64,000 nt of DNA, from the NCBI GenBank assembly GCA_964549545.1, contig CAZJWY010000001.1:23122-87121 (forward strand). The letters are read 5' to 3'. A program made the position numbers and the translations under genes. Shown here in pieces: positions 63,227 to 64,000 of the stretch (position 1 is the stretch's first letter; each line of letters begins with the position of its first letter). The DNA comes from an uncultured Planctomycetaceae bacterium (GTDB lineage Bacteria > Planctomycetota > Planctomycetia > Pirellulales > Lacipirellulaceae). The notes below the pieces were generated by a model. It saw only the letters and a list, made by a program, of their open reading frames with translations, was not told the DNA's origin and made no database searches.

Positions 63227-63410
63227 TCTCGCGCAGAGGCGCGGAAACGCAAAGATCGGAAAAGTTGGGAACACTAATTTTCGCTAATTAACGCTAACAA
63301 AGAGTCATCTATTTCGATGGCTCTTAGTGATGCTTAGCGTAGATTAGTGTTCTCTCCATCATTTTTTCTTTTTTCAAGAACCCTTTGCGCCTCAGCGCCT
63401 TTGCGTGAGA
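63227..63410. repeat. ~184-bp imperfect palindromic (MITE-like) element upstream of the sulfatase gene
   Basis: Outer arms 63227-63254 / 63383-63410 (~75% complementary). Inner arms GAACACTAAT / ATTAGTGTTC. Central arms AGAGTCATC / GATGGCTCT. Confidence 0.55.
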
Positions 63411-63417
63411 CAAATAA

Positions 63418-64000
63418 ATGCGATTACTCTTCCTGGCCATTTTCGTATTCCTTGCAGGCACCGCGACGTTGGCCGCGCCGCGAAATATTGTATTGATCGT
63501 TACCGATGATCAAGGACTGGTAGCCGGCTGTTATGGCAACCCGGTCATCAAGACGCCAAACATCGACGCTCTCGCGTCCGATGGCACGCGGTTCACCAAT
63601 GCGCATTGCACCACATCAAGCTGCAGCCCCAGCAGGTCGGTTATCCTCACCGGCATGTTCAATCATGCGAACGGCATGTATGGCCTGGAGCACGGGTACA
63701 ACCACTTTCGCAGCTTCGAAAAGCTCAAGAGCCTACCGGTAATTCTTAGCGAGGCCGGATACCGAACGGCCCGCATCGGCAAGTACCACGTCAGCCCAGA
63801 AAGCGTGTATCGATTCGATCAATCACTCGGCGATAAGTCGCGCAATCCGGTCGATATGGCCGAGCAAAGCCGGGAATTGATCGAAGCCAAGTCCGAAAAG
63901 CCGTTCTTCCTGTATTTCGCAACAGGCGATCCACATCGAACTGGCCCGGCCACGTGGGCTCCTCTCACTCCCAACAGCTTCGGCAACACTCCGCCGGGTA
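63418..64000 (+). CDS. Sulfatase (formylglycine-dependent), 5' part; runs off the window
   Basis: Not in the ORF track (no stop). Own translation: MRLLFLAIFVFLAGTATLAAPRNIVLIVTDDQG...CTTSSCSPSRSVILTG (C-x-P-x-R motif). Confidence 0.85.
   Translation, partial: MRLLFLAIFVFLAGTATLAAPRNIVLIVTDDQGLVAGCYGNPVIKTPNIDALASDGTRFTNAHCTTSSCSPSRSVILTGMFNHANGMYGLEHGYNHFRSFEKLKSLPVILSEAGYRTARIGKYHVSPESVYRFDQSLGDKSRNPVDMAEQSRELIEAKSEKPFFLYFATGDPHRTGPATWAPLTPNSFGNTPPG

Noticed and set aside
1-64000. rRNA operons, tmRNA, RNase P RNA, riboswitches
   Set aside because: I recognised no characteristic conserved cores in the intergenic regions. This is a by-eye negative and should be confirmed with Infernal/Rfam.

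Overview
All calls come from reading the sequence and the ORF track; no database search was run, so family names rest on motif recognition. The window is a moderately GC-rich bacterial chromosomal segment. Its gene content looks like Planctomycetota (Pirellulales-like): a DUF1592-type cytochrome-c protein paired with a DUF1552 protein, a sulfatase, secreted proteins with dockerin-like repeats, a PEP-CTERM tail and an 'LEDRRVLA' N-terminal motif, and a PDZ-containing YidC. Most of the window is ordinary housekeeping: coaD, cobA-hemD fusion, rpsT, pyrK, rluB, manA, tatC, exbB/exbD, hemL, tsaB, yidC, mnmE, recQ and glpK/glpF. The stand-out is an integrative element of about 11 kb (40376-51402) inserted in tRNA-Leu(UAG). 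It is bounded by a perfect 40-bp direct repeat that equals the 5' half of the tRNA. It carries a tyrosine integrase, an Xis-like HTH protein, a small serine recombinase and a divergent regulatory gene pair. Its 6.5-kb cargo is a 1418-aa ORF, a 268-aa ORF and four tandem ~100-aa paralogs. None of these shows phage, plasmid, ICE or NTPase signatures that I can recognise. The cargo is preceded by a canonical terminator and an array of TGG-N(3-4)-CCA sites phased at exactly 21 bp. I consider this the best candidate for an undescribed system. Secondary items are a DUF3326-like / PLP decarboxylase / Rieske oxygenase operon, several interspersed repeat families (a MITE-like 131-bp element, heptad repeats, palindromic elements) and an IS630-type transposase remnant next to the tRNA. 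No rRNA genes or CRISPR arrays were seen.
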